Origin: Podarcis gaigeae
Lineage: Eukaryota
Strand: one strand, 5' to 3'
NCBI GenBank assembly: GCA_964106915.2
Contig: OZ066915.1
DNA: 64,000 nt
The notes beneath the pieces were generated by a model. That model was not told the origin of the DNA. It made no database searches and worked only from the letters and a program-made list of their open reading frames with translations. The translations under genes were made by a program, and so were the position numbers. Position 1 is the first letter of the stretch. Every line of letters starts with the position of its first letter. Positions 11,691 through 23,007 of the stretch are shown here, piece after piece.

Positions 11691-14600
11691 GCTAGGCTGA
11701 ATAACTATTATGGCTTTTTTTTTTTTTTTTTTTGGTCATGCTGATAGCATCTACACCTAAGGCTGGGGCAAAAATCCTTTAATAACTTTTTAAACATCTT
11801 ATTAAGAAACCCTCTAACTTTCCATTCTGACAGCTTTGGATTCACATCTGCTTTTAACAGATGTGTATCATTGTCCCATCAGGGGATTCTAGGGACAATG
11901 CCATTCACCAGCTTGCTCAGACGGTAGCGGAACCTTTTTACAGGTAGTAAATATGCCTCGTAACCCTGTCTCTAACCTGTACAACAGCTTAACTGCAAAA
12001 AGTGACCATGCAACAGGGCTATGCAACAGATTCTTGCCACCTATGCAACAGATTCTTGCCACCTTGTTCCTTATCCATATTAACAACTACTTTAAGGCCA
12101 ACTTTCATCCTGTTATGTATCCAAGAGGTACTCTGAAAACCCATGAGGAAAGCTTGCATGGCATATTTGAGGCAGCACTGACACCACAGCTGCCACTTGA
12201 AAGAGAGGCATATCCATTCATCCACACACTACCACTATTCAATGTTATAAACTCTGTGACTGATGGATAGCTTTCTCCTTCCCATCTTTTTTCTCTTGTC
12301 TTTTATTCTTCCTTTTGCTCATCTTTTAAAGTGACGTATCTTTGGTTTATATTCTTGGCACGTATTATCAGTTCCTTTCTTCTCCTTGAAAGCCTCCTTC
12401 CCTCCCACTGTTAATCCTGATCCTGCTTTTCTTCTGTTCAGTTAGCTCTATGACAGTAAGGGTAGCAGAGTGCTAACCTTTTGCCCAAGCTGGATGAGAT
12501 CAACACAATGGGACAAGCTTTGTTTAGTTTCTAATAAAGCACTTGGAACAGACAGACCAGCCATAGCTTTGTTATATACAGTATTCACTTCAACTGCTGC
12601 TTTGTCTCCTCTTCTCTGGCTCTCGTTTCACCGTTTAGATTGCATGGACCTGCTTGGTTCATTGTTGTGTACAGCAGCCTTTAAGACCTTTAAAAATAAA
12701 TATTTCTTTTCACAATTAACGATGTTTAATTTTCTTGAGAGATATGTCCTTGCACAGAGGCTACTCTTCAAACATATGGAGAGGAGGCAGTTTGATTTAC
12801 ATGAACAGTCACAAAACGCCATAAAAAACACAACAGTGTGTATATAGAAACCTTGAAAAGTTTTCCCTCTTTGGCCAGAAACTGTTCTGGGCCAACTTTG
12901 TACCATAGAAAAGCACTTTTACTTTGATAAACAGAGTTGCTGTTCATGCCTTTAATTTTCTTTTAATTGATTTATCAGGCCCAAATTTGGCACCTGCTCT
13001 GTTTTTTCAAAAAAACAAGGGGGGGGGGAAGGTGTTATTAGGATAGCACAAAACTGGGCTGGAACTGCTCTATGCCAAGCCAAAGGATAGCTAACTTGGT
13101 TATTTATTTTCTAAGCATATGCTTTTGCTACAATGACTTCAGCAATGCAACTGCTCAGTGACCGAAACCAAGGTAAATTAAGTATGGTGTTGAAAAATAT
13201 TTCTGTTCTCAGCACTGCAGGAAGTACTCACCAGCAGATTGTATATTTACACATATTTTTTCCCCCCTGTTATGACAATTGGTTTTAAACAAATTAAGCG
13301 AATTGAGTTTGTAGCAGGTCTGCGCAGAATGAATGGTCCAGGTAGAACACCAGCACATACAATGGCAAAACACATTTTTAAAAATGCAGATCTGGAGCAT
13401 TTACAGTTTTTAATCTTTCTTAAAAGAGATAGGATACATTAAAGAGAAAAAGAAAAACACATAGAATATAAATTCATTCTTTTAACTCCTGACTGCAGTG
13501 TTCAAACAACTATTACAGCTTTTGTAACAGTGAACAGATCTCTCATTTTAAATTGAATGCCCTGGAATGAATGGGATGGCAGAGTGTGCCATTCTCTTAT
13601 TCCGCTTTCAATTGTTGGGACATATTAACTACCCCAAGGTATTGTCTGGAGCTGGAGGTCCGCATCTGCTCTCTGGTTATCCTAATCTGATTTCAAATGA
13701 TTATTTGCTGACCTTTTAACTTAATTAAAGCAAAAACTTGTCAAAAGTTGTGACACAATACTCCACACATTATCATTGCCTCAGTTAACTGTGACATCTT
13801 TATCACTAGGTGTTGCTGACTTCATTATACAGGCCGACAACCTATGAAATGTTAGCTAGCAGGCTTGTGTTGTCCAATAGGCTTCCAGCTCTTAGGTGTG
13901 TGGAATCTGTGACCCTACAAATATTGCTGGACTACAACTCCCATCCTTCCTGGCTGTTGGCTTTGCTGGCTGGGGCTGCTGAAAACCTGAGTCCAAGAGC
14001 ATACGGAGGTCTACAGCTTCCCCATCTCTTAAATGAACCAACTGGGCTCCAGAGAACTAAGCTGCTCTTCATCACAACTGAGTCTTGCAACAATACTTCT
14101 CTGCATCTGTATCGTTCTTATTGCATCCTATCTTGCACTTATGCAGAGAACTGAAGAATCCCTCAGTGTTTTCCCTAAGTCAACACATTTTACTCCTAGG
14201 TTGTTCTATTAACTTAAAAACTGTGACATTGCATAGTACAGACATCACTAGCAGCCAAATATTTCTAGCTCAACCAAATCATCCCGTTTACCTTTCTGAT
14301 CAATACAAGAAACAGACAAAGGTGTTTAAATTTCAACCTGATATAATCAAGGCCGGGGGGGGGGGGGCGCTTTATCAGCCTAGGGCATCGCTCATTGCCA
14401 ACCTTCTGGAGGCCACATGCCAGCATTGGGTGGGGCCAGAAGCAAAAGGAGGCCGAAGGAGGGATGTGGCTCTTCTCTTGGTACAGTAAGCTATAGCCAG
14501 TCAGGTTTCTATGCACACATCTCTTCACCTAGGCAAGCAAGATGCATTATCACAGTTCAAGAACGTGCAAAAATGCTTGAGGGTGTGTGGTAGCATCAGT

Positions 14601-15155
14601 GAGAGGTGTGGCCTTAGAGGGAATTGGAGAGCTGCACTTGGCCCCCAGGCAGCGATTCCCCACCCCTGGACCAAGTGAAAGACATCGCCTATTTCTTGAC
14701 CAACTAAGCCAACATTGAACCGCAATAAGCTACACAGAAAATCAAGGCTCTTATAGAATCACTTGTGAATTCTGATGGAATTTATAGTGTAGGTGACTAA
14801 CAGTGAAACTAAGCAATATTCTTTTGAACCAAAGGAAACAAGCTGGTGATTCATACTGTTAAATACCACCACCAAATACTGCATTCCTGTTTCTTCATTG
14901 AGTGTGACATTAATTTTTGTTTGCTTTTGGGAAATATGCATTCTTTATTGTTATCAGGCAGCTCCCCACTCCACTTGCCTCTATGCTGATAATTTGTTCT
15001 ATGCTGATAATTTGTTCACAAGCATTCTATATAGATTTCCCCACCTCAGATATTCAAGAATTACTCAAATGTGCTTACCAGCTATATACTACCAGCCAAC
15101 TATGAGGATCTAGCATTCTATCACCAACAAACCTCTCCTGACTCAACTTTTAAGG

Positions 15156-15291
15156 CAGGCATAGGCAAACTCGGCCCTCCAGATGTTTTGGGACTACAAC
15201 TCCCATCACCCCTAGCTAACAGGACCAGTGGTCAGGGATGATGGGAGTTGTAGTCCCAAAACATCTGGAGGGCCGAGTTTGCCTATGCCTG
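15156..15291. mobile_element. Palindromic hAT-type MITE
   Basis: Near-perfect ~50 bp inverted arms CAGGCATAGGCAAACTCGG...; 8-bp TSD TTTTAAGG/TTTTGAGG. Confidence 0.85.
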
Positions 15292-15745
15292 TTTTGAGGC
15301 TACAACTTCAGATGCAAACTACCTGGTTTTTATAATTCACATAGCTTTAAAAAAGCCCATGTTTCTATGTTCTCTTTTGATGATTTTGTAGTGCTTCACA
15401 GTATTCCTCTTACAATTTACAAATCCAGAGGGTAACATACCATTAATCATTAAATGAAATCTATTTGTGATGCACAAACTGCCCTGAAACACTGCAGTGA
15501 GGCTCCCTGCTGCTCTTTAACAGACACCTGACCCAATCCAAGGGTTGTGGCCCATATGCTGGTGCCCATTATGTACAGCAGCTGCTTTGGTGGTAGCTAC
15601 ACCTGGATACAGGCCCTAACACATTGCTAAAGAACAGTTGAAGGGGAAGCCTTCAACAGACATGTGAGCAGCTGAAGCACAGTGGTTCCAACTCAATCAT
15701 CCCATAGTTTGTCTGAACCATTTCAGCTGGCTCAAGATAGTAGTA

Positions 15746-15895
15746 CAGTGGACCCTCGAGTTACGTACGTAACCCTCGAGTTACGTAATGTTTGGGTTGC
15801 GAACGCGGCAAACCTGGAAGTGTCCAGTTATGGACTTTTCGGGTTAAGTACAGACCCCCCCGAATGAATTTAATTCATATCTGGAGGGTCCACTG
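15746..15895. mobile_element. Tigger-like MITE
   Basis: CAGTGGACCCTC / GAGGGTCCACTG TIRs, TA TSD. Confidence 0.75.
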
Positions 15896-16101
15896 TAGTG
15901 GGTACATGTGTGTGTGGCAGGAAGCATTTTTTTTTAAACTGCAGCAACAGTTTGAAATATTGCTTTTACTCTCCCTAGAAATTTAGCTCCAACAATTGCA
16001 AAGGCAATTTTTCAACTTTCAAGTAAGGAAGCAGCAAAGTGGAAGCTCAGCACTGATTTCAATAGTTTACAACTACACTTTTAGAAAGCAGGAATAAGTC
16101 C

Positions 16102-16107
16102 TTTATT
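16102..16107 (-). terminator. Candidate SRP68 polyadenylation signal AATAAA (alternative at 16534-16539)
   Basis: AATAAA on minus strand ~1.35 kb after the stop codon, followed by GT-rich sequence. Confidence 0.45.
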
Positions 16108-17455
16108 GTTTCAGGATTTCACTTCTGTCTGACCAACATGCTTTGTTCCATAGGATATTTCACAAAGGAAGTAGTCGCCATTTGTGACAGCAAACAAGGA
16201 CAAAAGCAGAGGGAGTGGAATGTGTCCAGTTGCCCACAATGCCAAGAAGAAACAGAGCTAAACTGGAACACAGTATGACAAAATATAAACACGAAAATAT
16301 GGCTAAGGACTCTCATCTCCAACTAATATTTCAGACTACCTAAGACCAGTAATATAGCTCACAAAAAAGTCAAATATACAATTCAGGCTCACAAATGTTT
16401 AGAATAATTGTGCCTATGCATATATATTTTTTTTTGGGGGGGGGAATGATATTGACATAAAGATACTTGGATTCCCATGGCACAGATAAATGCTCTCACA
16501 AAAAAATGCACCATGAAGACATGGCTAGAGATCTTTATTGCTTAAGATTTCATTGGCTCCACTTTTGATTCTTCACTAGTGAAGTCCCTAAAACAACCAA
16601 ATATAATGTCAGAAAGGAGGTAAAAGACAGAATAAGCAACAAAAACACCCTCCCAATTTACCACTTTCTGCTAAGTTGAAGAAGGAAACTGAAGAAATGT
16701 CAGGAGTCTTTCAAGATATAAAATGATAGTAGCTTGTTCTTTTTGAAGCCAAAAGACTTTAGGTTCTAAGAAAGACCCTCTGAGAAACATATTCCTCTGT
16801 TCTGAGAAGTGGTGCCTCAATGTGGAAAGACTATACAATATGCTTTAAAGTGTATTCTTAAACAATCTCATTTTTACTTTATAGATTTTAACCATCATAT
16901 ATCCTTAATCCAAGACTTTTGTAAATCTGAAGCTCCTGATTTTTGTTCAAAACAAAACAAAACTTTACATGGCTGTAAGCAAAAGTCAGAAATGGCAGGC
17001 AGTACAGATATCTAGCCAGCTGTGGGTTTTTGCATACTCTGCTTAGACAGTCCAAATCTGAAGACATATATGTGCCTTTGGTTCCCCTCTGTTCTGTACT
17101 GTCCAGAGGGCTGGGTTAGCTTTTTGAAAATTAAAAGTACCATATCAGCTGTAAAACAAAATGATGATATGCCTAGCCCACACAAAGTGGGCATTATTCC
17201 TGCCTGAACTGATTGATAAATGTGATTTGAGACTCCAGCTCTTTCCTTCAGTTTCAAATGTTGGGAGACAGACCACATTATGCATGTTCTCAGGGTGGAA
17301 AGTTTCTAATAAAACAGGTGTGCAAACAAAAAGAATAGTGGGAAGTTATTAAAGACCTCCCATACAGATTTTAGACATAAGTAGTTAAGGTCTGAACCTG
17401 CTGGAGCCATCCCAAAATACAGGAAGAAAAGCGCTCTTCTTGAGAATGGCCCCGG

Positions 17456-17683
17456 TTAACTCCGGAATCCAAAGATGCCCTTGATATATCCTGTGAGACC
17501 ACTCTTTGCTTTCTGCTCCACTTTGTCCTCCAGGGGTGGTAAAGTAACATGGTTGAGAGCCAGGTCAAAGAACAAAGGCTTGCATGGTATCGGTTGGAAT
17601 TCTGGCGGGAAATGCACCAGACTGGCTTGCTTGCTGACAAGAGAAGGATCCAGGCAGAAAGTCTCAAACCGTTCAGAAAGTGG
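17456..17683 (-). CDS. SRP68: SRP68 exon 16, last coding exon (PLSERFETFCLDP...PCKPLFFDLALNHV...KSGLTGYIKGIFGFRS*)
   Basis: SRP72-binding C-terminus motif KPLFFDLA; TAA at 17456-17458. Confidence 0.98.
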   Translation of the reverse strand, partial: PLSERFETFCLDPSLVSKQASLVHFPPEFQPIPCKPLFFDLALNHVTLPPLEDKVEQKAKSGLTGYIKGIFGFRS

Positions 17684-18556
17684 CTTGATATCAAAGGAAA
17701 CAAAAATCTCAGATAAGATTAGTTGAAACAACATTGGCTACCAAGTGAAGTCTAGCCTAATGGCCAGGCAGGAACCTATTATCTCCTTCCCCATCAGTTC
17801 TGACTTTGTGGGTAACATGTCCAAGCCAGTGAGGCAGGTACAGTAAGAATGGATATTTCAGATGTACTGCCATGGAAACCTCAGAACCTTCTTTTAAACC
17901 AGTCCACGGGACAGTTTCTCTTCTAAGCCTGAAGAGGAAGTATTTTAAACTCTGCTAGAGAGGGTGTGTGTATGCATACTTACAGAAAGCTGACAGCTTG
18001 TCAATAATGAGTCAACTGTAGAGTTGCACAAACTTGGTTAAGTGTTTAGACCTGTTCTACGCTCATTTTTCTTCTCTCTAAACAGCTTCTGAGCTGTCAG
18101 ATTTCCTCCCAGATCTGGATGAAGGTCCTCATTATCATGCTAAATAGAGTTCAGGTGTAATGCCTGGGTGATTCTACAAAACTGAGCTGAAAAGTATTTT
18201 TATTCCTCATGGTCCAATGACACGAAATTCAAAGCTGTTTATGGATGAGGAATGGACTTTTGCTTGCCCAATGGGACTTCCTCTTTCACTGTTCCTCGCT
18301 CCCCGGGCTAAAAAAAAACACCAGTCTGCCCTGGGAGGTTGGGGGACCTGGGGCAGATCTGGGGTGTGTGGGAGCTGCAGAAGGGAGGAAGGGGAAGTCC
18401 CAGGCTATGAGCAGCAGAAATCTGCAATTAAATGTAAGAATCTGTCTAATTTGTGTAACTAAAAGCATGCTTGTGCAAACTGCAACATGTGGTACAATTG
18501 CTGATTATGCTGAAATAATCTATTTTCCATCTCACTAGCTACAAAAACTGTCTTAC

Positions 18557-18609
18557 CTTGCCATCCTTGACCTGGGATGGTGATTCAGTCTCATGGTTGT
18601 CACCTGCAT
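18557..18609 (-). CDS. SRP68: SRP68 exon 15 (DAGDNHETESPSQVKDGK)
   Basis: Translation similar to human DANDAHQTETSSSQVKDNK; AG/GT; 53 nt; phase fits. Confidence 0.92.
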
Positions 18610-19164
18610 CTGAAAAGTGCCACAAGAATATTTTAGGAAAATGCAGCTCCTAGCAATGCAACTACCTATAAAACACATCAATAGTATACAAGCATCTATT
18701 GTCACAGCTTTAAGAACATGTTCCTATTCTCTGTTGCAATTTGAGATTTATACGTAGTTGCCCTGTTTTATTTATTTATGTGTAATAGTGCCATCAATAC
18801 CGCAGTCTGAAATTTGACCCAGGTGAGTGGGGGACAGAAGGAAGGAACGACTGCATGTTCACTTGAGTTACACCGGTTTCTTTTCAGTAGTGACTGAGAA
18901 CTGTGAGTTGTGCTGAACAAGTCACAGAAAGGTCTGATGCCTTTGAAAGTGAGGATGAGGAATTTGTGCTGCATCAGAAAGCCAGTGGAGGTTTCAGAAA
19001 AGGTACCAGAGGGGAATGGTTTTGGTGATAAGAGTTCTAGATATATGTAGGCAAGAGGTGTCCACAGCATGAACCAGAATTTTTCTGGAGCAGAGAAAAG
19101 GCTACAATTTCACAATGCTGAAAGGGGAGAAGCAATCTACACAGAAGAAATGGAACCCACTCAC

Positions 19165-19240
19165 CTAATATGGCAGCTGCTTGCAAGGAGTATTTTTCTG
19201 CATTCACTTGAGTGATCAGCTCTTGGACATCAGGCAGCTC
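19165..19240 (-). CDS. SRP68: SRP68 exon 14 (ELPDVQELITQVNAEKYSLQAAAIL)
   Basis: Translation match; AG/GT; 76 nt. Confidence 0.95.
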
Positions 19241-19703
19241 CTAAATAATCAGGTCAATTATGTAAAACATCTTCCAGGTATTAAAAGTTTTATGCCATTA
19301 GCAAGTTTCAACCACTGTTCAAAAACTCCTCAGAGACAGAAGATCATCCAGAGCAGCTTCAATCACAACAGATGAGGAAGCAAAGCATTTACTGTGCATA
19401 TACAAATACAATCCACAGTAGCCATTACAACCCCACAGCCTGCATCCGGCAGTACCATTGAGATACATATATTCAGTATATTTTCTGCAAGAAGAGGAAA
19501 GTCTCTGGAAGTCACAGCTGCATTTGCACACTGTACCTTAAGCTCTACAGAGCAAGAATTTACAAAAGCTAAACATTGTATTACTGCTCAGCAGTTAAAG
19601 AGCCAGTTAAATATGTATACACATGGCCTCTAGCTAATTGCACGCGGTCTTTCAAGAGCTTTCACTGACAAAGTTGCTGCATGCTGAATGGAGAGTTTCA
19701 TAC

Positions 19704-19833
19704 CTTTAAGCTGTTCTTATAAGTTCCAGCTTGGGCCTGGACTTCGTTGGCATATTTCAGAACTCGATCATACAAAACAAGGGCTTCACTCCACTTCTTC
19801 ACTAGAACATATGACTGTGCAATGAAAAAACAC
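19704..19833 (-). CDS. SRP68: SRP68 exon 13 (CFFIAQSYVLVKKWSEALVLYDRVLKYANEVQAQAGTYKNSLK)
   Basis: Translation match; AG/GT; 130 nt. Confidence 0.96.
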
Positions 19834-20350
19834 CTAGTGGGATAGGAAGACAACATTGGGTGCATTCATATTCATGTTAAAAACAGTTCAAACAATAAAA
19901 AAGGATATAAAAAACAATTTAAAAGCAATTTAAAAGAAGCCCACTCTGCTGAGCAATTTCTTGTCTGCTTCTTGTTATCAACCAACTCAGTTCTCAGTAT
20001 AATTGGTTTTCTGTTAGTCACAAAAGGGCTGCTTCTGAATTAGCAGAAGAATGTTGCCTGAGGAAAGTGACTTCAAATTCAACCGGTGTTGAAATAATAA
20101 CTATTTGTTTAAGTTTCTGTGCAAGAACTTCCTCTGGGCCTCTAACATATATGCAATGAAATCACCAACACACTGTGGAATGGCACTGCAAGAAATCTTC
20201 TGGTACAGCTTACACAAGAGCTCACAGAACACCACTTATACTTTCTCCTTCTCTTCTTGGTTCTTGGAATCCATGCCTCTGTATTCAAATATTAGCTGTT
20301 CTTTAGCTACAGGTAAACTGATCAAGTAACCTTGTTTGCTTGAGAATTAC

Positions 20351-20445
20351 CTGTAAGCTTTATACACCAGTGTCTTTATCCCAATTTCCTTTAGGTAGCC
20401 TTTATCTTCTTCCAGACCAGGAAGTTGTGGCAACTCTGCCAGATT
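20351..20445 (-). CDS. SRP68: SRP68 exon 12 (NLAELPQLPGLEEDKGYLKEIGIKTLVYKAYR)
   Basis: Translation match; AAG acceptor, GT donor; 95 nt. Confidence 0.95.
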
Positions 20446-21014
20446 CTTCAATGATGAAGAGAATTAACAGAAGGGGGGGAGGGGAGAGAAACAGTTCTTG
20501 AATATAAATAGTATTTCATAAATCAGAAATGCAACTAGTGGTTTCCAAATGAAGGTATCTTTTTTGTAAAACAGATTGTTGTTTTCAAAATCAAATGGTA
20601 TATAAATCTTGTTAAAATAAAGTAATGATAATCTTTCACTAAAACTAATTATGTATGGCTTGGTGTGAATGCACAGCTGTCTGGTTGTTTCGCTGCTGCA
20701 CTGTATTGAAGTAAACCACAGTTTGGCTTAATGTGTCATCCAAATGCGAGCTCACAATTTAGTCTCCAGACTAACCATGAAGCATAATCGAGGTTCGTTC
20801 TTTGTTTATGGCTCATGGCTAGTCTGGAGAGAGCCAAACTACAAGGGTGGGTTTGGACAACGTGTTAAGCTAAACTATGGCTTAGCTCAGCATGGTTAAA
20901 CAGGAGCAAAACAACTGGGGAGAAGCAAAGTCACCACCCTCTTCTTCCCAGGAGCCCCCAACACTTGTGCCAAGTCACACTTTGGCATAGAGTGATGTGT
21001 AAACCAAACCAGTA

Positions 21015-21267
21015 CAGTGGTGCCTCGCAAGACGAAATTAATCCGTTCTGCGAGTCTCTTCGTCTTGCGGTTTTTTCGTCTTGCGAAGCACGGCTATTAG
21101 CGGCTTAGTGGCTATTAACGGCTTAGCGGCTTTAAGAAAAAGGAAACAAACTCGCAAGACGTTTCGTCTTGCGAAGCAAGCCCATAGGGAAATTCGTCTT
21201 GCGGAACGACTCAAGAAACGGAAAACTCTTTCGTCTTGCGAGGCATTCGTCTTGCGAGGTACCACTG
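21015..21267. mobile_element. Tigger-like MITE with internal TTCGTCTTGCG repeats
   Basis: CAGTGGTGCCTCGCAAGACG / CGTCTTGCGAGGTACCACTG TIRs, TA TSD. Confidence 0.82.
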
Positions 21268-21438
21268 TAGTTTTCACAGGATGGTTGTTTGTTTCTTCAG
21301 TAAGAAACACAAACATATGAAATAACTGAATAAAGAAGCTACAGCATCACTCTTTTAAACACTAGAATTTTCTTAAACCCTTTCCACATGCTCCCTTTAA
21401 GAATAACCTGCAATTATCAGAATTATCTATGTACTAGC

Positions 21439-21511
21439 TGTGGAAGACAGGAGTGCCTGGCGTGCTCTGGTCCATAGGGTCACAAAGAGTCCGACACGAC
21501 TAAACAACAAA
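21439..21511 (+). mobile_element. Short Bov-B 3' end
   Basis: Matches the 3' terminus of the 40138 copy; AGCTGT flanks. Confidence 0.75.
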
Positions 21512-21946
21512 AGCTGTAGTAAATGCTCATATAGGAAAGTGACAAATACGTCAAATTTAGTCTCCCTACAATGAAGCCACATTTCCCCCAAAGACTTGCA
21601 TCTCAAAATACAGGAAAGACTATAAATATTTGGAATGCTGACCAGCTGGGACCGTGTGCTTGGGGTGGAGTCCTCTAGGGACAATGAACACAGCAAAGAT
21701 GTACTTGCAGGAATGAACAGGCAGGAGAACAGACTCATTTTGAGAGCATGAGGCTCTAGAATTTAAGCACTACTATAGGCTATACAGAATTTTCAGCAGA
21801 GAATTGTGATCTCTTGTTGCTGAATAATACATTAGGATCTCCTGCAGCTTTATAAGCACTTGTGCTTTTTGATCCTGATTTGCGAACTTAGGAAAGGATT
21901 AAGAAATATGGAACCAGAAGACCTCCTCCCCTTCCATTGCTATTAC

Positions 21947-22106
21947 CTGCAAGATGATGTCATAAAGGCGTATCAAATCCTGAGGCCGAGGTGTACGCTT
22001 GCCATCTTCCTCGGACTGCTGCTGCTGAAGCAGCGCCTTCTGCAATGCCTTTGCCATACTCTCATTGCGCTTGATGGCTGTGGACAGCTTGATGTATGTC
22101 AGGTAA
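21947..22106 (-). CDS. SRP68: SRP68 exon 11 (YLTYIKLSTAIKRNESMAKALQKALLQQQQSEEDGKRTPRPQDLIRLYDIILQ)
   Basis: Within ORF 21899..22117; AG/GT; 160 nt. Confidence 0.97.
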
Positions 22107-22648
22107 CTAGAAAGCATGATTAAAGGAGTTTTGTTAAAGACATTTCAAAAACACCTGGACATACCAGAAAAGCTTAACAGGCAAAATGGGCAAGTGAAAA
22201 AGATGGCTGTCAAACCTTCCTAAAAAGTGTATTGAAGAACTCTAGTCTGACCACCTTTAAGTTTTTCTCGATGATATATTTGCAACAAAACAAAACAAAC
22301 AAGTAGAACAAAGTTTGGAATATATTTAGCTTGGAATATTTTAAGCGTTTATTAAATTGCTGGATTTGAATTATCCACAGTCACAAGCCATTAAGAGTTT
22401 AAGATCTATTAAATAAATATTGAGGGTTTTCTCCAACCAAGTTGTATGTCCCACACAAGCACTTCTCATGCAACATAGCTTCCCTTTCCCTCTCTATGTG
22501 CTCCCTCAAATCTGTTATGGGGTCTCTCCAAACTTACAGAACAGATTTGATGGGGTGCTTGGCAAGAGAAGGGGTGGGGAATTCCAATGTGCAAATGGGA
22601 TGACTTCATAGGATACAACCCTAAATTAATATATAGAAGGACTCCCAC

Positions 22649-22713
22649 CTGTGCAGGTACTGGATATTAGTAACCTTTCCAGAATCCACTTCTGAAGAGT
22701 GTTCCCGCTGCTT
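22649..22713 (-). CDS. SRP68: SRP68 exon 10 (KQREHSSEVDSGKVTNIQYLHS)
   Basis: Translation match; AG/GT; 65 nt. Confidence 0.94.
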
Positions 22714-22908
22714 CTGTTGGGAGCAGAACAAAGCTATATTGTATTTACTTGGGGAGCACACAAGAGATAAAACAAAAAGTCAAGGCCTGAGAGATACTGT
22801 ACTGCAATTTATTACATTTCATAAAGAACCCTACAGGGTCTGTCACAAGATGTTTTCTTCAAGCACTCAGTTAAAAGGTGATGCACAAAGACAATACTTT
22901 ATCCTCAC

Positions 22909-23007
22909 CTGATCTGGTTTCAGTTCTTCACGAACAGCTTGAATTGCATCTCGACACTCACTCAGCAAGGATTCAAACAGCCGTTCTTTAGTTTCTTCTT
23001 CTTCTGC
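22909..23007 (-). CDS. SRP68: SRP68 exon 9 (AEEEETKERLFESLLSECRDAIQAVREELKPDQ)
   Basis: Translation match; AG/GT; 99 nt. Confidence 0.96.

Larger units (their letters stand above)
1..15740 (-). pseudogene. Decayed fatty acid synthase-like (type I FAS/PKS) gene: KS-MAT-DH-psiMT-psiKR-ER-KR remnants, continuing beyond window start
   Basis: More than 15 colinear minus-strand segments resemble FASN by eye, e.g. GPSAAL..SLML~GPSIAL..SLMA (14644), ENGTLCHPIH..EICSLL~[16 protein letters not shown] (13525-13596), GGKNLLHSP~GGMAFHSY (~12030), RGTP..SLVW..DF~RGTP..SLAW..DF (~9519), MTFKGTLL~VTFHGVLL (1143), YAILI*ELE*LC~YGFANSAMERIC (~160-195); many stops and frameshifts. Confidence 0.75.

Noticed and set aside
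1-16000. EVPL exons expected by human synteny
   Set aside because: No envoplakin-like peptide was found; EVPL probably lies beyond the left end of the window.
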